In this document: positions 31,287 through 42,756 of the stretch, in pieces
Layout: every line of letters starts with the position of its first letter
How positions within the stretch are numbered: position 1 is the first letter of the stretch
Source of the DNA: an uncultured delta proteobacterium
GTDB lineage: Bacteria; Desulfobacterota; Binatia; UBA9968
DNA length: 64,000 nucleotides
NCBI GenBank assembly: GCA_963840855.1
Contig: CAWJBB010000085.1
Location: 32,001 to 96,000, forward strand
Direction: 5' to 3'
The notes under the pieces: model-generated
Seen by the model: the letters and a program-made list of their open reading frames with translations, nothing else
Told to the model about the DNA's origin: nothing
Database searches by the model: none
Position numbers and translations under genes: made by a program

Positions 31287-31802
31287 CTAGAGATTCCACT
31301 CGCCCGAAACCAGCCGCGGGATGACGGGACGCAAGATTCGATACGACAATCCCCAGAGCCGGTGTGAACCGACCTGATAAAACGACACTTGCTCGGCTTT
31401 CTGCCATGTGGGGAAGCGGTCGATCATCTTGTCATGGGCGCCGGGCCGGGTCAGATCGTTAAGTGTCACGTCGAGAATCTCGGCGATCTCGCGCTCGGCG
31501 ATTTGCCAGCGCTCGGGAACGGTGATGCGCGCGAGATAGGGAAACACGCGATAGCCTGTGGTTCTTGTCTGGATCATGGGCAGTTCCGCGAGCACATCGC
31601 TGGGATCGACGATGAGACCGAGCTCCTCGCGCGCCTCGCGCAGCGCGGTATCGAGCATGGTTTCGTCTTCCGGGTCGTGTTTGCCGCCGGGAAAGGCCAC
31701 TTGCCCGCCATGGATGCCGCCGGGATTTCTGAGAATCATAACGATATGAAGTTCCCCGTCTTTGGAACGGTAGACGGGTATCAGTATCGCGGCATCGATC
31801 AT
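31287..31802 (-). CDS. Nudix CoA pyrophosphatase
   Basis: HGGQVAFPGGK...TALREAREELGL, LWGLSYRIL. Confidence 0.9.
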   Translation of the reverse strand: MIDAAILIPVYRSKDGELHIVMILRNPGGIHGGQVAFPGGKHDPEDETMLDTALREAREELGLIVDPSDVLAELPMIQTRTTGYRVFPYLARITVPERWQIAEREIAEILDVTLNDLTRPGAHDKMIDRFPTWQKAEQVSFYQVGSHRLWGLSYRILRPVIPRLVSGEWNL

Positions 31803-31898
31803 CGTTTGTTTTTACTACAAGACAACGGCCGCAGGCAACGCGGCCTCCCAATAGTCTAGAGTCCCGTGTCTGGAGTCTCGAGTTAGAACTCATCGGCT

Positions 31899-31968
31899 TC
31901 ACCACGAAGGCACGAAGAACACGAAGGGTTCGGATATCATCTCTTATACTTCGTGACCTTCGTGGTGA
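31899..31968. repeat. Palindromic CACCACGAAG...CTTCGTGGTG element
   Basis: TCACCACGAAGGCACGAAG ... CTTCGTGACCTTCGTGGTGA inverted arms. Confidence 0.75.
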
Positions 31969-32075
31969 GTCCCCTCTTCTTTGCGACGCTAGGTTCTTTG
32001 TGGTTAAATGTTTTCTTTTGGTTGCGGCTCCGCCGCGCTAAGATAAACGGGTCTCACGAAAGGAATTCGCTGCCA

Positions 32076-33679
32076 ATGGACAAGAAGCCGAACTTTCTTT
32101 TTTTCATCACCGACCAGCATCGCGCCGATCATCTGGGCTGCTACGGCAACCCCGTGGTCAAGACTCCGAATATCGACGGCCTGGCGGCGCGCGGCACTCG
32201 CTTCGATCGCTTCTACACGGCGACACCGATCTGTATGCCCAACCGCGCCACACTCATGACCGGGCGCATGCCGTCGCTGCACGGCGCGCGCCACAACGGC
32301 ATCCCGCTGTCGATGAATGCGACGACCTTCGTCGACATCATGCGCGCCGCGGGTTACGACACAGCGCTCGTCGGCAAGTGCCACTTGCAAAGCATCAGCG
32401 GCGGCCTTCCCACCATCGGCATGCCGGACCCGATCCAAACAAAGTCCGCCCGCCGGAACATTTGCGCGAAGCCGACCGTACCTGGCCATCCCATGGCCGC
32501 TACGACCAGGAGCTACGCTCCACCTGGCGCGACGATGCCAATTTCGAGCTAAATCTGCCCTACTATGGCTTCAGCCACGTCGAGCTCGCCGTGGGTCATG
32601 GCGACGCGGTGGTCGGCCATTACGAAAGATGGTTGAATGCGCGCCATGGCGATGCCGAATCGTTGCGCGGGCGCAAAAACCAGTTACCGGGTAACGATTA
32701 CGTTGCGCCCCAGGCCTGGCGCACGCGCGTTCCCGAAGAGCTTTATCCGACGAGCTACGTCGCCGAGCGCGCGATTGCGTATCTGGAACAGCATGCGCGC
32801 AGCGGCGGTAAACCATTCTTCATTCAATGTTCTTTTCCCGACCCGCATCACCCTTTTACACCGCCGGGCAAGTACTGGGACATGTATGATCCCCGAGAGG
32901 TCAATTTATCGCCGTCATACAACACCGGTGAACATTCCTTGCCGCCGCATTTGCAGCAGCTGTACACCGAGCGGGAACAGGGTAAAGCCAACCGCGACGG
33001 ACAGCGCACCTTCGCCGTCACCGAGCGGGAAGCGCGCGAAGCCATCGCCCTCACCTACGGTATGATCACGATGATCGACGACGCCATCGGGCGAATCCTG
33101 CAACGCCTTAGCGCATTGGGGCTCTCGGACAATACGGTCGTGATTTTCAACGCCGACCACGGCGACTTCATGGGCGATCACCAACTGTTGCTAAAAGGCG
33201 CGCTCCACTACCAGGCGCTGGTGCGCGTGCCGTTCATCTGGCGCGATCCCGCGGCCAAAAATCAAGGACTGGTGAACTCCGGTCTGTGCGGCACCCTCGA
33301 TCTGGCGCGCACAATCCTCGACCGCGCCAATCTTGAAGGCCATAACGGCATGCAGGGCGTGAGTTTATTATCCGCTGCGGAAGGAAACGAAACCGGCCAC
33401 GATTCGCTGGTCATCGAAGAACACCAGCGGCGAGGCTATATGGGCTTTAAAAATAACTTTCGCGCCCGGTCATTGATCACCGAAGATCACCGGCTCACGC
33501 TGTACGAGGGAGTGGATTGGGGCGAGCTGTACAACCTCGAGAACGATCCACTGGAATCCAGAAATCTCTGGCACGAGTCAAGCGCAGCGAACATGCGCCA
33601 TGAACTGACGGAAAGACTCGCCCGTAAATTAATGGAGCTAGCTGATACCAGCCCGCTGGCAACCCATCACGGGCCATGA
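32076..33679 (+). CDS. Sulfatase; apparent frameshift near 32428
   Basis: KPNFLFFITDQHR, CMPNR (CxPxR), GKCHL, PDPHHPF, ADHGD, GELYNL..DP.E. Confidence 0.9.
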
Positions 33680-33894
33680 TCGATGCGCCGGCTGGCGCAT
33701 CGGGTTCAAACCGTTCCAGACGTTCAAATCGTTCAAAACGTCTTCAGAGATAAATCTGAAGAAAAATCTAATATTATTTAAAGTGCCACTTCAGTTCTTA
33801 AACCGGACAAGCGATCTCCCTCATACCGTAGTATGATCGCTCTTACGGATCTTCATCGGCTTGAACGATTTGAACTACTTGAACCAGCGGCTTC

Positions 33895-34725
33895 TTAGCC
33901 GCTGAGTCGCTTAGGTTTCACCGCCGCCGCGATCAGCGCCGGCATGGGTAATTCAACGGCATCACCCTTGGCGTACTTCTCCACATCGACCCGCATTGCG
34001 TCGCGGATCCTATCCAACACCCCGGGCTTCTGCGCGCGCAGCAAACCCGCCGTGCGCACGGTGCTGTCTTTCATCGCTTCGAAGAGTCCGTCTCCGGCCG
34101 GCAAACGCCAAACCTGCGCTACTTTGGTTATCGTCGGAGTTTCGAAACCCGCCGCCAGCAGCCCGCGGACACTTTCTTCGGGATCGCTGTAGCGAAAAAA
34201 CGGCGGCCCCTCGGGCAACGCGATCCGCGGCTCTCCATGATTTGCCACCGCGCGCAGCACAATGCCAAAGCCGATGGTTTCCTCGGGCTTCGCCCAGACG
34301 CTGAAGGCAAAGCGCCCGCCGGCGCGAAGAACGCGCCAAGCTTCGGCGAGCGCCTGCTCCGGCCTGCCGAGATGAAGAATACCGAAGTTCATCACCGCCG
34401 CATCGAACAGCCCGTTGCCAAGCGGCAACTGTTCGGCGTCGCCTTCGCGAAAATCGATACTGGGATGGAACTGTTGGGCATGCGCCACCATCGCTGCGGA
34501 AAAATCCACGCCCAGGACAGTAGCACCTCGACGCGCCGCCGCGGCTGCCACGTAACCCGGCCCGGAGGCGATATCGAGAAACTTATCGCCCCTCTTTATA
34601 TCAACCGCGTCCAATAACGAGGTGATCGCCTGCGTGGTGAGCTGGCCGAAGGCTTGATGATATTGATTGGGAATCGCTTCCCAACCAGCATGTTCAAAGT
34701 CGAAGAAAGATTCCGCGCCGGGCAT
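33895..34725 (-). CDS. Class I SAM-dependent methyltransferase
   Basis: FLDIASGPG, GVDFSAAM, GDAEQLP, RVLRAGGRF. Confidence 0.9.
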   Translation of the reverse strand: MPGAESFFDFEHAGWEAIPNQYHQAFGQLTTQAITSLLDAVDIKRGDKFLDIASGPGYVAAAAARRGATVLGVDFSAAMVAHAQQFHPSIDFREGDAEQLPLGNGLFDAAVMNFGILHLGRPEQALAEAWRVLRAGGRFAFSVWAKPEETIGFGIVLRAVANHGEPRIALPEGPPFFRYSDPEESVRGLLAAGFETPTITKVAQVWRLPAGDGLFEAMKDSTVRTAGLLRAQKPGVLDRIRDAMRVDVEKYAKGDAVELPMPALIAAAVKPKRLSG

Positions 34726-34954
34726 GGAGAAAACGGCGCATGAATTGCGCCGTGGCTGGTACAATGGCTTATTTCCCACGAAAAGCAAAGAGACAAGCGG
34801 TATTCGCAAGCTCCGATCCGCCGGACGAATCGCGTCTGAATCTAATATGGGATTGCTAGACGAGGTTCACATGCGGTTGCGAAACGCAACCTTGTATTCA
34901 GGTCCCGTTCGTCCTATTTTTAGCATCCGGTGACTAACTCCCAGGAGGTGTCAT

Positions 34955-35791
34955 ATGCCACGGTATCTCGTTTTGGCCAACCAAACCGCGTCGAGCCCAG
35001 AGCTATCTAACGCCGTTCGGGAAATCGTTGAAAAGGAGCGAGATACGGAGTTTGTATTGCTAGTTCCTGCAACACCGGTGGAGGATCTGCTCGATTGGCA
35101 GGATGGCGATAATCAGTCGATAGCCAAGCGGACGGCCCAAGCCGCGAAGGAGCATTTGGAACGAGAGGGCGCGAAAGTCGTCCGAACGGAAGTCGGTGAT
35201 CCCTCGCCTGTAAAAGCTATCGAGGACGAGTTGCAACGCCACCAAGAAAAATACAAGGCCATTCTTATCTCGACCCTTCCCCTGCAAAGGTCCCGCTGGG
35301 TGGCCCTTGACCAGCCTCGGCGCATAGAGCGTCGCTTCAAATTGCCCGTCATACACGTTGTCGGTCATTCCGTAACCATGACTCGCGAGGAGCTCATAAA
35401 TGGCTTGAACGAAGATCTCAACCTCGAACTCGAGACGATTCTCAGGAGCGTATATCATGCTGCTGCGGGTCGCGGTATGCTCGGCCACGAGCTTCGGGAG
35501 TTAATGAAAAAAGAAATGCCGAGTGAGCTAGAGCACGCCATGTTTCTGGCCGACAAGATTGTCGCGCTCGGCGGCGAGGTGCGTATCCGGCCAGCCGTAC
35601 CCGGAGAATTGGGAGCCGCCCGGCAACTTTTACAGGAGAATATCGCTGCCGAACGCGAGATCATAAGTAACTACTCGAAACGTATCGACCAGGCATCGGA
35701 GTTTGGCGACAAAGGTTTGGTGATACGGTTAGAGGATATGCTCGCATCGGAAACCGACCATCTCGAGCAGCTCGAACGACTGGCGCGATAG
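34955..35791 (+). CDS. Fusion of a USP-like domain and a ferritin-like (bacterioferritin-type) domain
   Basis: RYLVLANQT...VGDPSP..AI...ISTLP..SRW...LPVIHV, then LNEDLNLE, ELEHA, E.EII..Y, ETDH. Confidence 0.75.
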   Translation: MPRYLVLANQTASSPELSNAVREIVEKERDTEFVLLVPATPVEDLLDWQDGDNQSIAKRTAQAAKEHLEREGAKVVRTEVGDPSPVKAIEDELQRHQEKYKAILISTLPLQRSRWVALDQPRRIERRFKLPVIHVVGHSVTMTREELINGLNEDLNLELETILRSVYHAAAGRGMLGHELRELMKKEMPSELEHAMFLADKIVALGGEVRIRPAVPGELGAARQLLQENIAAEREIISNYSKRIDQASEFGDKGLVIRLEDMLASETDHLEQLERLAR

Positions 35792-35835
35792 TTAGTGGCA
35801 AAATTCGCTCGAGTTAAGCCCTAGCCAAAGCCGCT

Positions 35836-36987
35836 TCATCTGGTTAAAGTCAACTGCTCGCGGGCCTCGATTACGCGCCGAGCCGCTTCTTCGGAGCTGT
35901 CCGATAGCGCCGTGAGATGGCCCATTTTTCTGCCCGGACGCGGCTCGATCTTACCATAGAGATGCAACTTGACATCCGGCGCGGCGCAGGCCGCGGCCCA
36001 GTTCGGCTCGCCGCTTTGCCAAAGATCACCCAGCAGATTGGCCATGGCCGCGGCGGAAAAAAATTCTGTGGAACCGAGCGGCAAACCGCACACGGCGCGC
36101 AGTTGCTGTTCAAACTGGCTGGTGCGCGCGGCGTTGATCGTCAAATGGCCCGAGTTATGCGGTCGCGGCGCAAGTTCGTTGACGAGAATCTCGTGCTTTC
36201 GAGTGAGAAAAAATTCGATGCAAAGCACGCCGATGAAGTCCAATTTTTCGACCAGCGACCGCGCGATCTCAACGGCGCGAGAGACAACCTTGGCGGGCAT
36301 TGCAGCCGGAGCGAAGGATAGATCGAGGATATGATGGCGGTGCTGATTTTCAATGGCGCCCCAATGCGCGAAGGAGCCGTCGACGCCCCGGGCGGCGACG
36401 ACGGAAAACTCCAGTTCGAATTCGACGACGGCCTCGACGATCAATTCCTGCTGCCCGGTGTTGTGAAACGCGGCTTCAGCCTCGGCGAAGCTATGAACCT
36501 TCGCTTGTCCTTTGCCGTCATATCCGGAACCGGCGGTTTTTAGAATCGCCGGGCAGCCGATACTCTCCACTGCCGCGCGCAGTTCATCCAAATTCCGCGC
36601 CGGCAGAAACTTCGTCGTGGGGAAGCCGTTTTGCGACAGGAAAGTTTTCTCGCGCAGGCGATGCTGCGTCGTATGCAATATCGATCCGCCGGGGCGCACC
36701 GGCGCGAACTGCGCGGCGGCCTCAACGCAGGCCGCCGGCACGTTCTCGAACTCAAAGGTAACCACCGCTACTTTTTGGGCGAACTTTTTAACGGCGTCGA
36801 GATCCTGATAGGACGCGGCAATCTCGACGTCGGCAACCTGGCCCGTCGGCGTATCGGTCTCCGGCGAATAGGTATTTACCCGGTAGCCCATCTGCCGGGC
36901 GGCGATGGCGAACATGCGGCCCAACTGGCCGCTGCCTAGAACGCCGATGACGGCGCCGGGTAAAATCGCAGACGGGGTACGGTTCAC
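35836..36987 (-). CDS. purK: N5-carboxyaminoimidazole ribonucleotide synthase
   Basis: [46 protein letters not shown]. Confidence 0.97.
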   Translation of the reverse strand: MNRTPSAILPGAVIGVLGSGQLGRMFAIAARQMGYRVNTYSPETDTPTGQVADVEIAASYQDLDAVKKFAQKVAVVTFEFENVPAACVEAAAQFAPVRPGGSILHTTQHRLREKTFLSQNGFPTTKFLPARNLDELRAAVESIGCPAILKTAGSGYDGKGQAKVHSFAEAEAAFHNTGQQELIVEAVVEFELEFSVVAARGVDGSFAHWGAIENQHRHHILDLSFAPAAMPAKVVSRAVEIARSLVEKLDFIGVLCIEFFLTRKHEILVNELAPRPHNSGHLTINAARTSQFEQQLRAVCGLPLGSTEFFSAAAMANLLGDLWQSGEPNWAAACAAPDVKLHLYGKIEPRPGRKMGHLTALSDSSEEAARRVIEAREQLTLTR

Positions 36988-37478
36988 GGGACTTTTTGTT
37001 GCAGCACGCCGTCGGTTTGTTTGGCGCGGAACTGGCGCAACTTTTCACGCAACTCCGGACGGGAGTTTGCCAAAATGGCGATGGCGAGCAGCGCGGCGTT
37101 AATGGCGCCGGCCTTGCCTATGGCCAGCGTCCCGACGGGAATGCCGCCGGGCATCTGGACTATCGATAGCAACGAGTCCACGCCCTTCAGCGCCTGGCTC
37201 TCCACCGGCACGCCGAGCACGGGAACCAGCGTCTGCGCCGCGGCCATGCCGGGAAGATGGGCCGCGCCGCCGGCGCCGGCGATGATCACTTCGATGCCGC
37301 GGGACTCCGCCTGGGAAGCGAATTCCGCCAGCCACGCCGGCGTGCGGTGCGCCGAAACGATCTGGCATTCATGCGGCAATTCGAACTCCTTCAGCATCGT
37401 CGCCGCGTGCTGCATCGTGTCCCAGTCGGATCGACTGCCCATGATAACGGCGACCAGCGGTTTGGGTTCTTTAGCCAT
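36984..37478 (-). CDS. purE: N5-CAIR mutase
   Basis: [37 protein letters not shown]. Confidence 0.97.
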   Translation of the reverse strand: MAKEPKPLVAVIMGSRSDWDTMQHAATMLKEFELPHECQIVSAHRTPAWLAEFASQAESRGIEVIIAGAGGAAHLPGMAAAQTLVPVLGVPVESQALKGVDSLLSIVQMPGGIPVGTLAIGKAGAINAALLAIAILANSRPELREKLRQFRAKQTDGVLQQKVP

Positions 37479-37594
37479 TGTCAGAGCGTCTCCAGCCATT
37501 CCTACGTTAAGGGATAACCCAATTTTTCTCCGATACCAAGTAATTGCCACCCGGGACGTTCAATGCGACGGGCACGGGACATCCCTAGCATGAA

Positions 37595-39310
37595 CTACAA
37601 ATTTTGAATCGCAAATTTCCTCGCGACAAAGGTCGCTCCCATGAGACCGAAAATAAGCAAGACCCCAAGTGACGCGGTTGCCGCAACGTCGCCATTACTC
37701 CACAGTTCCCAGACAAGCACCGAAAGCACGATGCTGTCGTGGCTGTAGAGCATGATGACGGATCCCATGGCCTTGGCCACGACAATCGCCGAAAAGATCC
37801 ATCCGTTGACCAGAGCCGGCAGCAAGAGCGGCAACGTTATTTTCCTGAAAGTCCCAAACCATGACCCGCCGCTGGCGTAGGAAGCCTCTTCGAGCTCCTT
37901 GTGAAGCTGGGTCATGGCCGCATTCATCACCCGGGTGCCGAACGCAATTCGACTCGTGACATAGGCGATAAGTAGAATCCAAATCGTGCCGTAGATCGGC
38001 AACGGAAGAAATATATACACCCACATGAGCGCCACTCCAGTGACGATCCCAGGTATCGCGTGCGGCATGAAGGTGAGGAAATCGAGGACCTTGCGGCCTC
38101 TGCCGCGACTCTTAACGATGATCCACGAGAGCACCGAGCAAATGAGCATGGTGATCGTCGGCGCCAGGAGAACCAAAATCAACGTGTTCTTGAAGGCCAG
38201 TGCGACCTTCGAAATTTGGAACACGGTGCGATAATTGTCCAGGGACATTCTGCTCAATGCCGCCATCGACGGCGCCTGGTAGATCGGTAGCACCGACGTC
38301 CAAATCAGCACGAGCAGCGGCAAGATAATAGTAACGACAAAATAGGTCGCCACGAGACCCAGCGCGAAAAACCTCCAGGGCCCCAAATCGATCAGCTTCG
38401 CGCGATAAGCCTTTCCAGTGATGGTTGCATACTTATCGGCGTCGCGGGAAAGCTTGCTGTACGAAGCGATCAAAATAGCGCTTATGACAAGGAGTAAGAT
38501 CGCGAGGGTGCTGAGCATTCCGTAATCGGGCGGCGATTCCTGCTTCGCGAGATAGATCTTGAAAGCCAGAACGTGTATACCCGCGCGCATGCCGATGACC
38601 CCAGGGACCTCGAAAGATTCCATCGCGGAGATGAGCACGTAGATGAGCGCGCCTAAAATCGACGGGCGCAACACCCGCAAGGTAATTCGATAGAGTGTCG
38701 TCAAAAAACCCGCTCCCACCGCGTCTGACGCTTCTTCGAGGGCAGGGTCCATTCGACGAAACGAACCGGCCAACATGAGAAACGCGACCGGCGTGAGATG
38801 CAGGCCTTCGAGGAAAATCATTCCCCAGAGGTTGTAAACGTCAAACGGCGCTTGCTCGAGTCGCAGCGCGTGTTTCAACGCCAAATTGATCACGCCGGCG
38901 CCCGGGCTTAATAACAGAACCCAGGCAATCGAGAACAGCACTCCAGGGATGGCGATGGGCACAAGAAAGAGCGGATAAAACCAATCCTTGCCGGGCAGGT
39001 TGGTTCGTTCGACTAGCCAGGCGAAGATGACTCCAAGAAAAAGCGCGACGGCGGCCGAGCCGGACGCGAACACCAGGGTGTTGCGCAGAAGCTCGTAGGT
39101 GCCCGGGTTGGCATAGGCGCGCGCATAGTTGGAAAAAGTCAGTTCCGCGGGCATACCGATTTGCCCCGTGCGGAAGCTCGTCCACAACAGAAACACAAGG
39201 GGAATCACCACCAGATAGACGGTGACGGCGAGAACAGGACCGATGACCCACGTTCTCGAATCCCACTTGAACGCGCTGACAAGCGGAAAGATTTGTCTTT
39301 CGGCCCTCAC
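37595..39310 (-). CDS. ABC transporter permease (FbpB-type, two TM domains)
   Basis: Two EAA-like motifs (LEEASDAVGA, LEEASYASGG). Confidence 0.9.
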   Translation of the reverse strand: MRAERQIFPLVSAFKWDSRTWVIGPVLAVTVYLVVIPLVFLLWTSFRTGQIGMPAELTFSNYARAYANPGTYELLRNTLVFASGSAAVALFLGVIFAWLVERTNLPGKDWFYPLFLVPIAIPGVLFSIAWVLLLSPGAGVINLALKHALRLEQAPFDVYNLWGMIFLEGLHLTPVAFLMLAGSFRRMDPALEEASDAVGAGFLTTLYRITLRVLRPSILGALIYVLISAMESFEVPGVIGMRAGIHVLAFKIYLAKQESPPDYGMLSTLAILLLVISAILIASYSKLSRDADKYATITGKAYRAKLIDLGPWRFFALGLVATYFVVTIILPLLVLIWTSVLPIYQAPSMAALSRMSLDNYRTVFQISKVALAFKNTLILVLLAPTITMLICSVLSWIIVKSRGRGRKVLDFLTFMPHAIPGIVTGVALMWVYIFLPLPIYGTIWILLIAYVTSRIAFGTRVMNAAMTQLHKELEEASYASGGSWFGTFRKITLPLLLPALVNGWIFSAIVVAKAMGSVIMLYSHDSIVLSVLVWELWSNGDVAATASLGVLLIFGLMGATFVARKFAIQNL

Positions 39311-39456
39311 GTTAGGCGGTCTTTCAGGTTACCTTGAAACTGTTTAGCGTGTTGTTTGTATTGCAGCGGGCAATTTAATCATGGGGTTTTAAAGAGGGAG
39401 CCGGCGTCCCCATTGTTGAAGGGCTGGGCGCAAACCCGCCCGCGCAGTGGTCGCCT

Positions 39457-40476
39457 TCATTTGATGCCAAATTTGTTTCTCAACTCTTGCTGGAATTCCT
39501 TACTCGAGTTGTAAAAAACATCGTCTTCGTAAACAAATCTGAGCCCCTTGATGATCTGTGCTTGTTTTGAGTTGCTGCCCGCGGCGGGGTTGCCTTTGTT
39601 GAGCACTTCGTCGATGGCTTTTTCCCCTTCTGGAGAATAAACCCAGTCGAGCCATACCAACGCGGCATTAGGATGAGGCGGGTTAACGCTCAGAAAGCTC
39701 TTTGGCCCCTTGCCGATCAGCGGATTCGCTTTGACCAGTTCGATGGCAGCGCCTTTTTCTTTGTTGGCCATCGCTCTGAAGAGAAACGCCTCGGCAGTGA
39801 TGTGTAGATCACCCGCGCCGACGAGGGTGAGCGCGGGCGTCCACGCGAGGATCTTGGGTTGATTCGCCGCCAGCCGCGTCACGTAGTTGAGAGTCTTTTC
39901 TTTGCCCCAAACGTTAGGCTGGGCGAAAACCACCCACATGTCCATGATATCGGGCACGGCGATCTTCCCTTTCCATTTGGGATCGAGAAGATCTTCCCAG
40001 GATTTGGGCGCGTCTTTGGCCGAGACGAGCTGCGTGTTGTAAACGGGAATGCTCACGTTGAAGCCAAACGGCGCGTAATAGCCATTGGGGTCTCTCGCTT
40101 CGGCGGGAAGCCGCGAGAGACCGGGAACGGACCACTTCTGCATGATACCGGCCTTGACCCAGTCCTGCGCGGCCCGCCCGCCGCCCGTGACCACGTCCCA
40201 GCTGAACTTCTTGGCCGTAAATTCTGCCCAGACCCGTTCCTGGGTCGCCTTGCTGGAAGTGTTCCACTGCTCCACCGCGACGAAAGGATATTTCTGATTG
40301 AATCGCTTGATAAACTCACGATCCTCAGCTTCCGTGCCGCCGCCCCACCAAACCAGTTTGCCCTCGGCCTTGGCTTTTTCGACCACGTCCGGCGCCGGAG
40401 CGCCATGCGCGAGGGTAGTCACTAGACCAAGTATCAAGCAAAAAATCGTCACGCCCATCGGTGAGTTCTCCTTCAA
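39457..40476 (-). CDS. ABC transporter solute-binding protein (Fe3+-type family)
   Basis: AKAEGKLVWW, YNTQLV...PKSWEDLLDPKWKG, PHPNAALVWLDW. Confidence 0.88.
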   Translation of the reverse strand: MKENSPMGVTIFCLILGLVTTLAHGAPAPDVVEKAKAEGKLVWWGGGTEAEDREFIKRFNQKYPFVAVEQWNTSSKATQERVWAEFTAKKFSWDVVTGGGRAAQDWVKAGIMQKWSVPGLSRLPAEARDPNGYYAPFGFNVSIPVYNTQLVSAKDAPKSWEDLLDPKWKGKIAVPDIMDMWVVFAQPNVWGKEKTLNYVTRLAANQPKILAWTPALTLVGAGDLHITAEAFLFRAMANKEKGAAIELVKANPLIGKGPKSFLSVNPPHPNAALVWLDWVYSPEGEKAIDEVLNKGNPAAGSNSKQAQIIKGLRFVYEDDVFYNSSKEFQQELRNKFGIK

Positions 40477-40690
40477 TATAGTTTCGGGTTTCGTGGCAGC
40501 AACCAGGAACAGTCCCGAGTCCAGAGTCTAACAGATGGTCCGAAACCGTGAACCGCCAACAGATTGTAATTCCACTTGCCGACTCTTTCGTTGTTCCTGT
40601 TCGTCCTGGAACTGCAAACCAAAGCGAGTTTGGAGTCAGCTTGAGACTTCAGCCACGCTCCGCGGGCCGCATTGCGCGCGCGCCGTCGCA

Positions 40691-41575
40691 CTAAATCAAA
40701 CACCAGGGAGGTGGATGGCCATCGGCGCCAGCGAGTTGCATCACCAGCAACGTGGCGCCCTTGGCGCTCGACGTTGCCGGATAGGGAACATGCGCCGGAA
40801 AATACATGCACGAAATTGCGCTATAGGATTGTCCCTGAAAAGCGATTTCGCCTTCGATAACGTAGCGCACCTGCTGACATGGCGCCGTACCCGGCAACGT
40901 GCTGGCGCCGGCGTCGATTTTGACCATTTTGATATTCGGCCCGACCTCGTTGAAATAGCCGAGGTGCCGCACCGCTACTCCTGACGCGCCATCCAGTGGA
41001 CTCCATGGATATTCGTTGGAATGCATCACCACGTACTCGTCGTACCTGGCTTTAGGATACTCGATTTCTTTGCCGCCGAGATATTCGCGAATCGCTTCGG
41101 CGCTGTCTTGCTTGCGCCCGTTGGGCCAAATAAAGATGCCCTTGTCGTCGAACGTGCCGCCCAGTTCGCGCAACGCCAGCTCCCCTTTCTGAACCTCCAC
41201 CCGCTGGAAAAACGGCCGCTTGGACGGACCCTGAAACTGCATCCCGAGGCGCACATTCTCATCACAACCCGCAGCGGTGAAGGTCGGACCGTAGGAAACT
41301 CCCTCAGGGAAATACACGCAATCCCCGGGGCCGAAAACTTGCTTGCTGTAGTTCTCTCCTCCGCGCGCGTAGTAGCGAACCTGGTCGAAATCATGCTTAT
41401 GGCGCGGGTTGAGACGCTCGGAAGTGTAGACCGACATGCTCGCGTTAAGGCAAACGCCTTGGGCGCGATCGAAAAAACCAAAGTTTTTGCCTTTGCGTCC
41501 GCCGCCGCGATGTCCGACAACTTGACCAAAAGCGATATTCTCTCCAGGAACGATGACCGGACCGGTAATAGCCAT
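40691..41575 (-). CDS. Hypothetical bicupin-like protein
   Basis: PRHKHDFDQVRY, YFPEGVSYGP; second cupin-like repeat QVRYVIEG, YFPAHVPY. Confidence 0.6.
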   Translation of the reverse strand: MAITGPVIVPGENIAFGQVVGHRGGGRKGKNFGFFDRAQGVCLNASMSVYTSERLNPRHKHDFDQVRYYARGGENYSKQVFGPGDCVYFPEGVSYGPTFTAAGCDENVRLGMQFQGPSKRPFFQRVEVQKGELALRELGGTFDDKGIFIWPNGRKQDSAEAIREYLGGKEIEYPKARYDEYVVMHSNEYPWSPLDGASGVAVRHLGYFNEVGPNIKMVKIDAGASTLPGTAPCQQVRYVIEGEIAFQGQSYSAISCMYFPAHVPYPATSSAKGATLLVMQLAGADGHPPPWCLI

Positions 41576-41765
41576 TGAATCAATTCTCCTTCGTTATATT
41601 TTTGTTGTGGTTGTCTAATACTTCTTATCACTCAGCGGCGAACAAATTGTCAAGCTGCTGCATCACTGGGTGGTGAGTCCGGCATGACAGCAGGCGCCCC
41701 TTATCGACGGATCAGGTGGTGAGCTGTTTCGTTGACAACCCATATGTTTAAGCGATAAGTCCGGC

Positions 41766-41879
41766 ACCCCGCTAATGCCGGAAGAGCTGGCGGGCGCAAT
41801 CAAAGGAATACCTCGAAACGCCGGGGTCGCGGACCTGATTAAGAAGCTTTCCGGTTCCGGACCACTGCCGCAACGGTAA
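41766..41879 (+). pseudogene. C-terminal remnant of a TctC/Bug-like receptor
   Basis: TPLMPEELAGAIKGIPRNAGVADLIKKLSGSGPLPQR*; no upstream body. Confidence 0.45.
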
Positions 41880-41917
41880 GCCCGGTTAGGAATGTATCTC
41901 AACCGTCATGTCAGAAC

Positions 41918-42752
41918 CTAATCCTGAGCTTTCAGCAAACCTAAAAGGCGGGATTGGCTGCGCAGCTTTTTGCGAATGTCGGTGAGCTCGATAATTAACG
42001 GCCCCGAAAAGCGGATGCCGCGGAGCAACTGGATAACCTGGGCAAAATCCACCGTGCCGTGCCCAATTGTCAGGTGTTGATCCACGGTTCCGTGGTTGTC
42101 AGAGAGTTGCACCTCGCGAATTCGCTCGGGAAAGGATCGAACAAATCGTCCGACTCCCCCGGGGAGGAGGTGGCAATGAGCCACGTCGAGAGCCAGGCCC
42201 AGGTATGGAGATCGGATGCGGCGAAAGAGTTGAGTGAACTCCTCCACCGTCACTCCGAGGTATTGGAACTCCGAGTCCGCGGGCAGGCGGTTCATGTTCT
42301 CGATCACCAGCGGCACCCGCTGTCGCTCAGCATACTCGACAGCACGAGCAAAGGTCTCGCACAGAGCCTTCCACACGCTTTTGAGATAGACGCTGAAGTG
42401 GAACCCACAGTGGATAACCAGGTACTCGCAGCCCGAGTGCCGCCGCGAGATCAATGTACTCTTTTAGATGTTCCTCGGCGGCCTTGCGGACCTGCGGCAT
42501 GATCTCTGCGCTATTGACGAAGGAGGCGGAGTGGAGACCGCATCGCACTGCCGAGCGCTCCATGAGGCGCCGGACACGGAGGATCCTCTCGCGGTCGAAG
42601 GTCTGGGGAAAGTTCACCGGATTCTGGCAACCGAACTCGAGCCATGAGACATGGTGCCGCCGGGCCAGCGGAAAATAACGCTCCACGGGCCCGGAGGACG
42701 CGGCAAAGCCAATCTGCGTCGGTTGCAGGTAAGGCAGCGAAGTGCGCGGCAT
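41918..42752 (-). CDS. Sugar phosphate isomerase/epimerase (AP-endonuclease-2 TIM barrel); apparent frameshift near 42433
   Basis: GLHS, LVIHCG, VIENM, LDVAH, QLSDN.G..DQHL.IG.G.VDF, LIIE. Confidence 0.8.
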
Positions 42753-42756
42753 CGGT

